Both the position numbers and the translations under genes were made by a program. A stretch of DNA of 56,833 nt from Chitinophagaceae bacterium. GTDB taxonomy: Bacteria > Bacteroidota > Bacteroidia > Chitinophagales > Chitinophagaceae. Positions 18,965 through 27,112 of the stretch are shown one piece after another; the stretch's first letter is position 1, and each line of letters begins with the position of its first letter. The stretch lies in NCBI GenBank assembly GCA_947474815.1, contig CANJJU010000001.1, forward strand, positions 1-56,833, written 5' to 3'. The notes beneath the pieces are model-generated. The model ran no database searches, was not told where the DNA came from, and saw only the letters and a program-made list of their open reading frames with translations.

Positions 18965-19390
18965 CTAGCTACTATGATCTTGTATGATCACCCATTTATT
19001 ATGAATCTTTTTAAATAAAAGAGAGAAGTGACCTTGCAAATTTCCTACCGTTCTGCTTAAATGCCATTTTCCTACAACAGTATAATATTTTGAAGATAAC
19101 TGCTTGATCGTTAAAATTGTAAAAGTAAGTTTACCCATAGATACAGTATCAGGATACCCTTTTTTATAATTTGCCAAGGTATTTTCCCAGCCATAAGTAA
19201 CCCCCGTTTTTCCAACAAACATCAATGAATCGCTTCTCCAGTAAGTATCCATAAACCCTACTATATCTCCTTTGTTCCAGCTGTGAATCTGTTTATCCAT
19301 AGCCGAGCGAATTGTTTTTTCAGCTTTCGCCTGAGAAAATGAAATAGTAGATATAAAAATAAACATCAAAATGAATGACAGTCTTTTCAT
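18965..19390 (-). CDS. Secreted NTF2-like/DUF4440 (YybH) family protein
   Basis: Start MKRLSF at 19390; WNKGDIVGFM..YW, GWENTLANYKKGYPD and WVIIQDHSS motifs. Confidence 0.85.
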   Translation of the reverse strand: MKRLSFILMFIFISTISFSQAKAEKTIRSAMDKQIHSWNKGDIVGFMDTYWRSDSLMFVGKTGVTYGWENTLANYKKGYPDTVSMGKLTFTILTIKQLSSKYYTVVGKWHLSRTVGNLQGHFSLLFKKIHNKWVIIQDHSS

Positions 19391-19424
19391 AAAAAATAAT
19401 TGAATATAATGTAGGAGAAAGCTA

Positions 19425-19814
19425 TTAATGTTTGTGATGAGGAGAACTGCATTTACTTCTAACACAATATCTATAATTGATAAAATGAGCAGAAATAATA
19501 AATAAAACAGCTATGCCGAGTAGCCAAAATTGAAAATCAATGAAAAATTGCTTTAGCACTAAAAATGAAAAGCCAATCATAAAAATATAAATGGGTTTGA
19601 AGGAACGATGGTGTATAATATACCCATGAACCAAAGAATATATTCCAACCACGAAAGCCAATAAAATCATTCCCCATTCAAAAAACAAATTGTGAACTAT
19701 ATTAACACCAAATAATGGAAGAATCGGAATTACCAATGGAAGCAATCCACAATGAATAGCACATAAGATAGACGTTACTATTCCAACACCATCCCAATTT
19801 AATTTAATGTTCAT
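19425..19814 (-). CDS. MerC domain-containing membrane protein
   Basis: DGVGIVTSILCAIHC motif, four TM helices, C-terminal Cys/His tail (CSSPHHKH). Confidence 0.85.
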   Translation of the reverse strand: MNIKLNWDGVGIVTSILCAIHCGLLPLVIPILPLFGVNIVHNLFFEWGMILLAFVVGIYSLVHGYIIHHRSFKPIYIFMIGFSFLVLKQFFIDFQFWLLGIAVLFIISAHFINYRYCVRSKCSSPHHKH

Positions 19815-19835
19815 ATCAAGACAAAGATACTAATT

Positions 19836-19852
19836 TTGCACTATTGTTGCAA
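19836..19852. promoter_or_regulatory. Palindromic operator, putative Zur/Fur-family box
   Basis: TTGCA-CTATTGT-TGCAA (minus strand TTGCAACAATAGTGCAA), 6 nt upstream of the -7 element TATCTTTG (19822-19829) of the MerC-domain gene. Confidence 0.6.
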
Positions 19853-19929
19853 GTTTGTCGGAAGACAGGAAGACCGCACCCCAGTCATCATAATTGATTC
19901 GTACCTTCGCAGAAACAATCAATCATTTG

Positions 19930-20664
19930 ATGAAAAAGAATAGAATTTGGATATATGTGGTTTTTTTTACATTGCTTTTGGGTGGCTTTTACTTGGCTAT
20001 TTTTAAAGAACACCCCTTTACAGATGCCCCCCTTCCTATTATTAATGCTACTATTCCATCATTTGAATTAATTGATCAAAACGGAAAAGCATTTAGTCAA
20101 AAAAATACAGACGGGAAGGTGTATGTAGCTGAATATTTTTTCACCACCTGTAAAGGCATTTGTCCAAAAATGAATGCAAACATGAGAAGAGTATTTGATG
20201 CCTTTAAAGATGAACCAGATTTTATGATTGTTTCGCATACCTGCATGCCAGAAGTTGACAGCGTTGCTAAATTAAAATCCTATGAATCAAAAATGATTAA
20301 TGGAATGCTGTTGAAAAAGCAAAATGGCTCATATAAAATAGAAGAAAGCAAAAGCGATTCTATTGATATCCTTAACAATCCTAACTGGAAATTTGTAACA
20401 GGCAAAAAAGATGATTTATACAAGCTTGCCAGACAAGGATACATGATTGATAATGGCAAACCCGATAGTACACAAAGAATAGAAGATCAATTTATTCATA
20501 CGCAATTCTTTGCTTTAGTAGACAAATACGGAAGAGTGAGGGCTATATATGACGGGTTAATTGAAGAAGAAATTTTAAAACTGATCAAAGACATTCCCGC
20601 ATTGATTAAAGAAAAGGTAGACCACACAAGGTTTTTGAATGGATTTAGTAATTCTCCTAATTAG
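19930..20664 (+). CDS. SCO1/SenC family copper chaperone
   Basis: N-terminal TM anchor, FFTTCKGICP (CxxxC), conserved His in FIHTQFFALVD; ATG 19930 preferred. Confidence 0.9.
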   Translation: MKKNRIWIYVVFFTLLLGGFYLAIFKEHPFTDAPLPIINATIPSFELIDQNGKAFSQKNTDGKVYVAEYFFTTCKGICPKMNANMRRVFDAFKDEPDFMIVSHTCMPEVDSVAKLKSYESKMINGMLLKKQNGSYKIEESKSDSIDILNNPNWKFVTGKKDDLYKLARQGYMIDNGKPDSTQRIEDQFIHTQFFALVDKYGRVRAIYDGLIEEEILKLIKDIPALIKEKVDHTRFLNGFSNSPN

Positions 20665-20675
20665 TAGCTTTTACA

Positions 20676-21095
20676 ATGACTCAGACATTATCAATTTTAA
20701 AAAAGAATAACTTAAGCGTTACAGAAGGAAGGATTAAAATTCTTGAGCTTTTTTTAGAACGCGAGGATGCGCTTGCTCATGCTGATATTGAAAAGCAGAC
20801 GGAAGGAGCATTTGATAGAGTAACGGTATATCGTACGCTACAAACTTTTGTTGATAAAGGAATTATTCATCAGATACCAACAACAGACAATGCTGTTTTA
20901 TATGCTTTGTGTAAAGACAACTGCGAAGCAGGTCATCACCATGATGAACATGTTCATTTTGTTTGTGACAACTGCAACAAAACTATTTGCCTAGATGATG
21001 TAATTGTACCTAATGTAAAACTTCCAAAAGGATTCAAGCCTTCTCAATCCGCCATGATTGTAAAAGGCATTTGCAACGAATGCAGAGGGAATTGA
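20676..21095 (+). CDS. Fur family transcriptional regulator (Zur-like)
   Basis: DRVTVYRTL helix, HHHDEHVHFVCDNC and C-terminal CNEC. Confidence 0.92.
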   Translation: MTQTLSILKKNNLSVTEGRIKILELFLEREDALAHADIEKQTEGAFDRVTVYRTLQTFVDKGIIHQIPTTDNAVLYALCKDNCEAGHHHDEHVHFVCDNCNKTICLDDVIVPNVKLPKGFKPSQSAMIVKGICNECRGN

Positions 21096-21105
21096 TTTCA
21101 TCAAC

Positions 21106-22824
21106 CTATAAAGAATCCATTTCCTTTTTCACAAATTCCATCAATACTTTTATTTTTTCAGGAGAAAAATCGAATTCCAATCCTGCCGCTTGATATAGTT
21201 CGGGTAATTTTTTCGTGCCGCCAAGTTGCAATGCTTTACAATAATTATCTAGGGCTTTGTTCTTGTCTTTCTTAAACTGCATCCACATGCCGATTGCTCC
21301 GAGTTGAGCAATTCCATATTCAATATAATAAAAGGGAACTTCAAACAAATGCAACTGACGTTGCCAAGAATTACTACGATACTTATCAAGTTGGCTGTAA
21401 TCAATAATGTCATCTTTAAATTCAGCTAAAATATTTACCCAAGAGGTGGTTCTTTCTTCATGTGTGTGAACGGGGTGTTCATAGATCCAATGTTGAAATT
21501 TATCAATAATTGCAATCCAAGGAAAAATAGTAATTACTCTTTCCAGTTGATGAATTTTAGCTCTTTTTAAATCATCTGCGTTATTAAAAAAAGTTTCCCA
21601 ATAATCCATACTAAACAATTCCATCGCCATGCTAGCAACTTCTGCAATCTCCATTGGATATTCTTTAAATCCATTTAATTCTAATGGATGAGAAAGAAAA
21701 GAATGAATAGCATGCCCCCCTTCGTGTACCATGGTGGTTACATCATGCATTTGGCCTGCAGCATTCATAAAAATAAATGGCGCACCACTTTCTGCCAATG
21801 GACAATTGTATCCTCCGGGAGCTTTTCCTTGACGACTTTCTAAATCAAGATGTTTTAATTCATTCATCTTAGTTAGACAATCACCAAAAAATGGATCAAG
21901 ATTTTTAAAACATTCGATGGACTTATTAAGCAATTCCTCTCCTGTTTGAAAAGGATGCAAAGGTTTTGTTCCTTGAGGTTCTGCTTCAAGATCCCATGGC
22001 ATAAGCTTGTCAACACCTAATAACGCTTGCTTCTTTTTATAAATATCATTTACCAAAGGCAACACATGTAATTTTACCGCTTCGTGAAAACGATAGCAGT
22101 CTTCTTTATTATAATCAAATCGCCCTAATTCTTTAAATCGATAATCACGATAATTATCGAAACCGGCATTAATAGCTTCTTTGTTTCTTAAGACAATTAA
22201 TTTATCATATAATTCATCCAATTTATCTTTGTCTTGTAGTCTTCTCTCTTGTATTTTACGATATACTTCTTCTCTAATCGTTCTATCATGACTTTCTAAA
22301 AATTTACCTGCTTGTTGAAGCGTATATTCTTTTCCTTCCACCTCAATCGTCATAGCTCCTGTAATTTGTCCATACTGTTGCTGTAGAACAGCTACCTCTG
22401 CCTGCAAGGGAATATTTGTTTCTCTAAACAAGTCTATGTTTTTACGAACATTGCGTAAATAGGTAAAATATTTTTGTTGATCCAATTCTGCTAAAAAAGG
22501 AGATTGTAATAATTTTTTATTGAGCGCATCTGCAAAAGGTTGAATTTTTGGCTGAATTTCCATGCAAAAGAAATTGAATGCAGTCTCTAGTTCTTTGTTT
22601 TGCGTATCACAAGTCATTTTTATTTGACGCCAGCAAGCATCTTCACTTACGACTGTTTCTAATTCGCTTTGATCTTTCAACCATGTGGATAGTTCTTCTT
22701 TTGAGTTTATCTCTCTTTCTAGCAGATTTTTAAAAAAAGGCTCGAGGGATGCCCAATCGGTTATAGAAAAATTTTGAGGTAAAAAGTTTCTAGTAATTTT
22801 TTGTATGTCGGCTGTATATGTCAT
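21106..22824 (-). CDS. M3 family oligoendopeptidase (PepF-like)
   Basis: GKAPGGY, zinc motif HEGGH, AEVASMAME and PFYYIEYGIAQ motifs. Confidence 0.93.
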   Translation of the reverse strand: MTYTADIQKITRNFLPQNFSITDWASLEPFFKNLLEREINSKEELSTWLKDQSELETVVSEDACWRQIKMTCDTQNKELETAFNFFCMEIQPKIQPFADALNKKLLQSPFLAELDQQKYFTYLRNVRKNIDLFRETNIPLQAEVAVLQQQYGQITGAMTIEVEGKEYTLQQAGKFLESHDRTIREEVYRKIQERRLQDKDKLDELYDKLIVLRNKEAINAGFDNYRDYRFKELGRFDYNKEDCYRFHEAVKLHVLPLVNDIYKKKQALLGVDKLMPWDLEAEPQGTKPLHPFQTGEELLNKSIECFKNLDPFFGDCLTKMNELKHLDLESRQGKAPGGYNCPLAESGAPFIFMNAAGQMHDVTTMVHEGGHAIHSFLSHPLELNGFKEYPMEIAEVASMAMELFSMDYWETFFNNADDLKRAKIHQLERVITIFPWIAIIDKFQHWIYEHPVHTHEERTTSWVNILAEFKDDIIDYSQLDKYRSNSWQRQLHLFEVPFYYIEYGIAQLGAIGMWMQFKKDKNKALDNYCKALQLGGTKKLPELYQAAGLEFDFSPEKIKVLMEFVKKEMDSL

Positions 22825-22827
22825 AGC

Positions 22828-22847
22828 AAAAATCCGCCTGAGGCGGA
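22828..22847 (-). terminator. GC-rich hairpin with T5 between the DUF5606 gene and the M3 peptidase
   Basis: Minus strand TCCGCC-TCA-GGCGGA-TTTTT, then GCT-ATG. Confidence 0.5.
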
Positions 22848-22882
22848 AATTAATTGTTTAAAATAAAATGTTATAAATCAAC

Positions 22883-23407
22883 TTAAGCCATTTTTCTAGG
22901 CGTATTTATTTTCTTAGCAGGCCCATTTTTTACAGCTGCTGCTTTAGGAGTAGCTGTTTTTGAAGAAGCAGCCGTTTTCTTTTCTGACACAATATCAGCA
23001 GCAGCGTCTTCCGCCGTTTCTTCAGATAGCTTTATTTCTACATTATTCTTTTTTAGAATATCAAACCACTTAATCATCTTTTTCATGTCGCTCCCATAAA
23101 CTCTTTCTAAATCCATTTTAGGGAAAGTCTTTTTGAAATACGCTTGAATTTCTTTAGCATCAGCTTTTGCATCAGGCATCTTCTCTTTGCTGGTATTCAT
23201 CGCTTCAAAAACCTCCACCAAATTCACATTGTCTTCCATTGTAAAAACCTCTATGCTCTCTAGGTGCGAAAATGCATGCAGTCTGTTACTTACAAATTTG
23301 GTACTTTTGTCTTCTAAAGAACGAACGATACCGCCGTCTGCCTTTGAGGAAACCAATTCAAATAAACCACTAAGCCCGGTTACGGCTACTAATTTGTTGT
23401 ACTCCAT
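22883..23407 (-). CDS. DUF5606 family protein
   Basis: N-terminal LVAVTGLSGLF, LESIEVFT, ERVYGSDMKKMIKW; Lys/Ala-rich tail. Confidence 0.8.
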   Translation of the reverse strand: MEYNKLVAVTGLSGLFELVSSKADGGIVRSLEDKSTKFVSNRLHAFSHLESIEVFTMEDNVNLVEVFEAMNTSKEKMPDAKADAKEIQAYFKKTFPKMDLERVYGSDMKKMIKWFDILKKNNVEIKLSEETAEDAAADIVSEKKTAASSKTATPKAAAVKNGPAKKINTPRKMA

Positions 23408-23529
23408 AATTCAATTATTTAAAGGTGCAATATAAATGTATTAAATCAAATTAGTCTGCTTGAAAGAAATAAATAATTGCTAAATATTCAATCCTATTAA
23501 AAACGGTTGAGAAAAAGATAAAAAAATAT

Positions 23530-26361
23530 ATGAAAAAATTAATCGCCATCATTGTATGTATATTTTCAGGATGGGCTTCCTTGGCACAGAGCCACATCAT
23601 TAGAGGAAGCGTGAACGATGCGGCAGACAAAGGGATTGTTCAAGGCGCTACTGTAACATTATTGTTTAAAAAAGACAGCAGCATCGCTCAAACCTTACTC
23701 ACTAATAATAAAGGAATATTTGAATTCGCCTCTGTAACTCCTGACACTTTTATTTTAAAAATAAGCAATATTGGATATCGGGAATATATAGCTGTAATTG
23801 CGGCCAATCAGCAAGATCTTGGAACCATTGGGATTAACAGAAAAGAAAAAGATTTGAGCAATGTAACAATAATAGCAACAGGTCCAGCTATTGTACAAAA
23901 AGATGATACTTCTCAATATAATGCGAAACAATACAAAGTAAATCCAGATGCTACTACAGAGGACTTAGTAAAAAAAATGCCGGGCATTACGATTGACAAT
24001 AAAGGGACCATCACAGCCCAGGGAGAACAAGTGAAAAAAGTAACAGTAGATGGGAAAGATTTTTTTGGAGATGATGCCACTTCAGCGCTAAAAAACATTC
24101 CTGCAGTAGCCGTGGAAAAAATTCAAGTGTTTGATAAAATGAGCGACCAAGCGCAAATGACAGGTATAGATGATGGCAACTCTCAAAAGGCAATCAACAT
24201 CATTACCAAAGCCGGAATAAATAACTCTCAATTTGGACGTGTATTTGCAGGAGCCGGAACAGACAATACGTATAGTGCGGGAGGGAATATGAGTTTTTTT
24301 AATAAGGATCGAAGAATTTCTATAGTAGGAAATTTTAATAATGTCAATCAACAAAATTTTGGATCTCAGGATTTCTTAGGCTTAACAGGCAGCAAGCCGT
24401 CAAATGATAACAATAGATTCAGAGGACCTGGTGCACCTGCAGAAAGCTTTTCCATTGATGCAAGCAGCGGTATTAATATTACAAATGCAATTGGAGTTAA
24501 TTATAGTGACAAATGGGGAAGCAGAGCAACCGTAACTGGTAGCTACTTTTTTAATGAAACAAGAAACAACAACACATCTATTACCAACACTAAAATATTT
24601 GAAGGCAATCTTAATAATTTTAAAAAGGGTGATGCAATATCTGACAATCTTAACCACCGAATCAATGCCCGAATCGAATACAAGATTGATACCAATAATA
24701 TGCTTTTTGTTATTCCAAGTATTAATTTCCAAAAAAATAAATCTTCCTCTTCTGGAACAGCCCTTAGTTATATGAATGTTGATGATTCTTTGTCATATTC
24801 TGATGCAGTAACCGGTAGAAACAAAGATGGGTACAATATCAAAAACAATTTCTTATTTAGACATTCATTTAAAAAGAAGAATAGAATCTTGACAATGGGC
24901 CTGAATACTACTTTCACTAAAAATGATGGAACAGGTGATATTTATGCAAATTATCAATTCTTTGATTTAACAGGCAATCCACCTACCGATTCTACCCAAC
25001 AACAAACTATTTATAATAATGCCAATGGATCAACCATTGGAGGAAGCATCACTTACAATGAACCAGTTGGTAAAAAAGGAAGAGGCCAATTTCAATTTGA
25101 GTATACGCCCTCTGTACAAATAAACAAGGCTGATCAAAAAACGTTTGGCTACGATGGACAAGCATACACCAAATATGATTCAACCCTGTCTAGTCAATTT
25201 GAAAATAAAATTACAACCAACACTGGCGGAATTACTTACAGATTTACCAGAAGCAAGGACGAGCAAATGGGTATTAATTTGAACTACCAGCAAACGCAAT
25301 TTACCAGCGAAAGCCTAGTCCCGCAGCAGCAACAACTGAATCGTAGTTTTTCAAATTTTATCCCATTTGGGTATTGGAGAAAAAAAATAAATAAGTACGC
25401 AAATATTCGTGCATTTTATAGAGCAACCATTGGATTTCCAACGATTACACAATTACAAAACGTATACAATTTAAGCAATCCTTTAAATATCAGTACGGGT
25501 AACAAAGACCTTTCTGAAACTTTTACTCAATACACAGGTTGCAGATTTAGTTATTCCAATACCAAAACAAATAAAAGTATTTTTGCAAACTACTTTGTTC
25601 AGAAATCAGACAACTATATTGCGAACGCTACCTACATTGCTTCAACTGATTCTACTCTTGAGAATGGCATTGTACTAAAACAAGGTTCTCAGTTATCTAA
25701 GCCTTTGAATCTTGATGGATATTTATTATTTCGTTCATCTTTTACTTACAGCATGCCAGTGAAATGGGTAAAATCAACAGTTAATTTCACCTCAAGCATG
25801 GTCTATACTAAGTTGCCTGGTATAATTAATGCAGTTGCAACAAATACCAACACCTACCTATATAATGTAGGGGTAGGATTTGTAAGTAATATAAGCGAAT
25901 ACATAGATTACAATTTAAACTATACTGCCAATATTAATAAAGCCCAAACTACGGGTGGTTCTATTGTAAACAATAATTATGTAAATCACACCATTGCTTT
26001 TTCTTTCAACTTACTCAGTAAGTCTGGATGGTTTCTTCAAAATGATTTAAATCATCAAATCTTTAAAGGACTTTCTGCTGGATACGATAGAAATTTTACA
26101 TTATGGAATGCCGGTATTGGGAAGAAATTATTTAAAAACAAAACTGGCGAAATCAAAGTTTCTGTTTTTGACATTCTAAAAGAAAACCAAAGCGTAAGCA
26201 GACTAGTTACCAATACTTACATAGAAGATTCTAGAAGCGAAGTGCTGAAACAATATTATATGTTGACATTCAGTTATAACTTAAAAAACTTTGGAAAGCC
26301 TGTGAAAAAAGAAATGAAAGATGACTTTATTCCAAAGGTGGGATATCCGGGAAGTCCGTAA
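23530..26361 (+). CDS. Outer membrane beta-barrel protein (TonB-dependent receptor-like with N-terminal carboxypeptidase-regulatory-like domain)
   Basis: Signal peptide; DLVKKMPGI, VDGKDFFGDD and IQVFDKMSDQ plug motifs; C-terminal YYMLTFSYNL. Confidence 0.85.
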   Translation: MKKLIAIIVCIFSGWASLAQSHIIRGSVNDAADKGIVQGATVTLLFKKDSSIAQTLLTNNKGIFEFASVTPDTFILKISNIGYREYIAVIAANQQDLGTIGINRKEKDLSNVTIIATGPAIVQKDDTSQYNAKQYKVNPDATTEDLVKKMPGITIDNKGTITAQGEQVKKVTVDGKDFFGDDATSALKNIPAVAVEKIQVFDKMSDQAQMTGIDDGNSQKAINIITKAGINNSQFGRVFAGAGTDNTYSAGGNMSFFNKDRRISIVGNFNNVNQQNFGSQDFLGLTGSKPSNDNNRFRGPGAPAESFSIDASSGINITNAIGVNYSDKWGSRATVTGSYFFNETRNNNTSITNTKIFEGNLNNFKKGDAISDNLNHRINARIEYKIDTNNMLFVIPSINFQKNKSSSSGTALSYMNVDDSLSYSDAVTGRNKDGYNIKNNFLFRHSFKKKNRILTMGLNTTFTKNDGTGDIYANYQFFDLTGNPPTDSTQQQTIYNNANGSTIGGSITYNEPVGKKGRGQFQFEYTPSVQINKADQKTFGYDGQAYTKYDSTLSSQFENKITTNTGGITYRFTRSKDEQMGINLNYQQTQFTSESLVPQQQQLNRSFSNFIPFGYWRKKINKYANIRAFYRATIGFPTITQLQNVYNLSNPLNISTGNKDLSETFTQYTGCRFSYSNTKTNKSIFANYFVQKSDNYIANATYIASTDSTLENGIVLKQGSQLSKPLNLDGYLLFRSSFTYSMPVKWVKSTVNFTSSMVYTKLPGIINAVATNTNTYLYNVGVGFVSNISEYIDYNLNYTANINKAQTTGGSIVNNNYVNHTIAFSFNLLSKSGWFLQNDLNHQIFKGLSAGYDRNFTLWNAGIGKKLFKNKTGEIKVSVFDILKENQSVSRLVTNTYIEDSRSEVLKQYYMLTFSYNLKNFGKPVKKEMKDDFIPKVGYPGSP

Positions 26362-26429
26362 AAAATTATACTAATCTATACACACTTTATAACATTTCAT
26401 GTTTGTAGAAAGTATTCGATTGCAAGATT

Positions 26430-27077
26430 TTACAGCGATTGTAATACTTGCTTGATTCTATCCGACAACACTGTTTCTTCTGTATACCCTCTAGCAACCA
26501 TATGAAAAGTAGTGTCTCCTGTTTGAATAAAAACACACGGATAGCCCTCCACTTTTAATTGCTTCACAAGAGAGAATTCATAATGTGCCATTTCTTTGTA
26601 TGATTCGCTCGAAAGCTTTTCGGAAAAAGCCTCCTCATTGATACCATACTTTTCAAGCAGATGACGATAGGCTTCATTGTCTGTTAAATCTCTTCCTTCA
26701 TAGTGAAGTGAATATTGCAAATCGGCAGCAAATTCTACTGCACGATCAGGATAGTATTCTTTAAAAATACACAGGGCAATTGCAGGCTTTTCAGAATGCG
26801 GATACCAATCACTTTCTTCTGGATTTAAAATATGCCAAAGGTAATCTTGTCCAAACTTTACACCCGTAAGCTCTTCTACTTGCGTATATGCATTGGCTAT
26901 AAATCCTGCACTAACCTTTATGTGAACGGGCTTTTCTGGCAAAATCATTCCTCCACTCAACACTTCTATATCTAATTCATTGCTATAATCAGCGGCAACC
27001 TGCTGAATGATTTTACTAAAGCCATAGCACCATCCACAATATGCATCGTAACAGTATATTAATAAAGGCTTGTTCAT
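26430..27077 (-). CDS. DsbA family (thioredoxin-fold) protein
   Basis: YDAYCGWCYGF (CxxC), SGGM, cis-Pro loop GYP; start MNKPLL at 27077. Confidence 0.88.
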   Translation of the reverse strand: MNKPLLIYCYDAYCGWCYGFSKIIQQVAADYSNELDIEVLSGGMILPEKPVHIKVSAGFIANAYTQVEELTGVKFGQDYLWHILNPEESDWYPHSEKPAIALCIFKEYYPDRAVEFAADLQYSLHYEGRDLTDNEAYRHLLEKYGINEEAFSEKLSSESYKEMAHYEFSLVKQLKVEGYPCVFIQTGDTTFHMVARGYTEETVLSDRIKQVLQSL

Positions 27078-27112
27078 TATTGTAGTCTTTAAAACAGCGA
27101 AAAAATTAAATA

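Noticed and set aside
19425-19814. Mercury-resistance locus
   Set aside because: Only a MerC-like domain is present, with no merA, merR, merT or merP and no mobile-element context.
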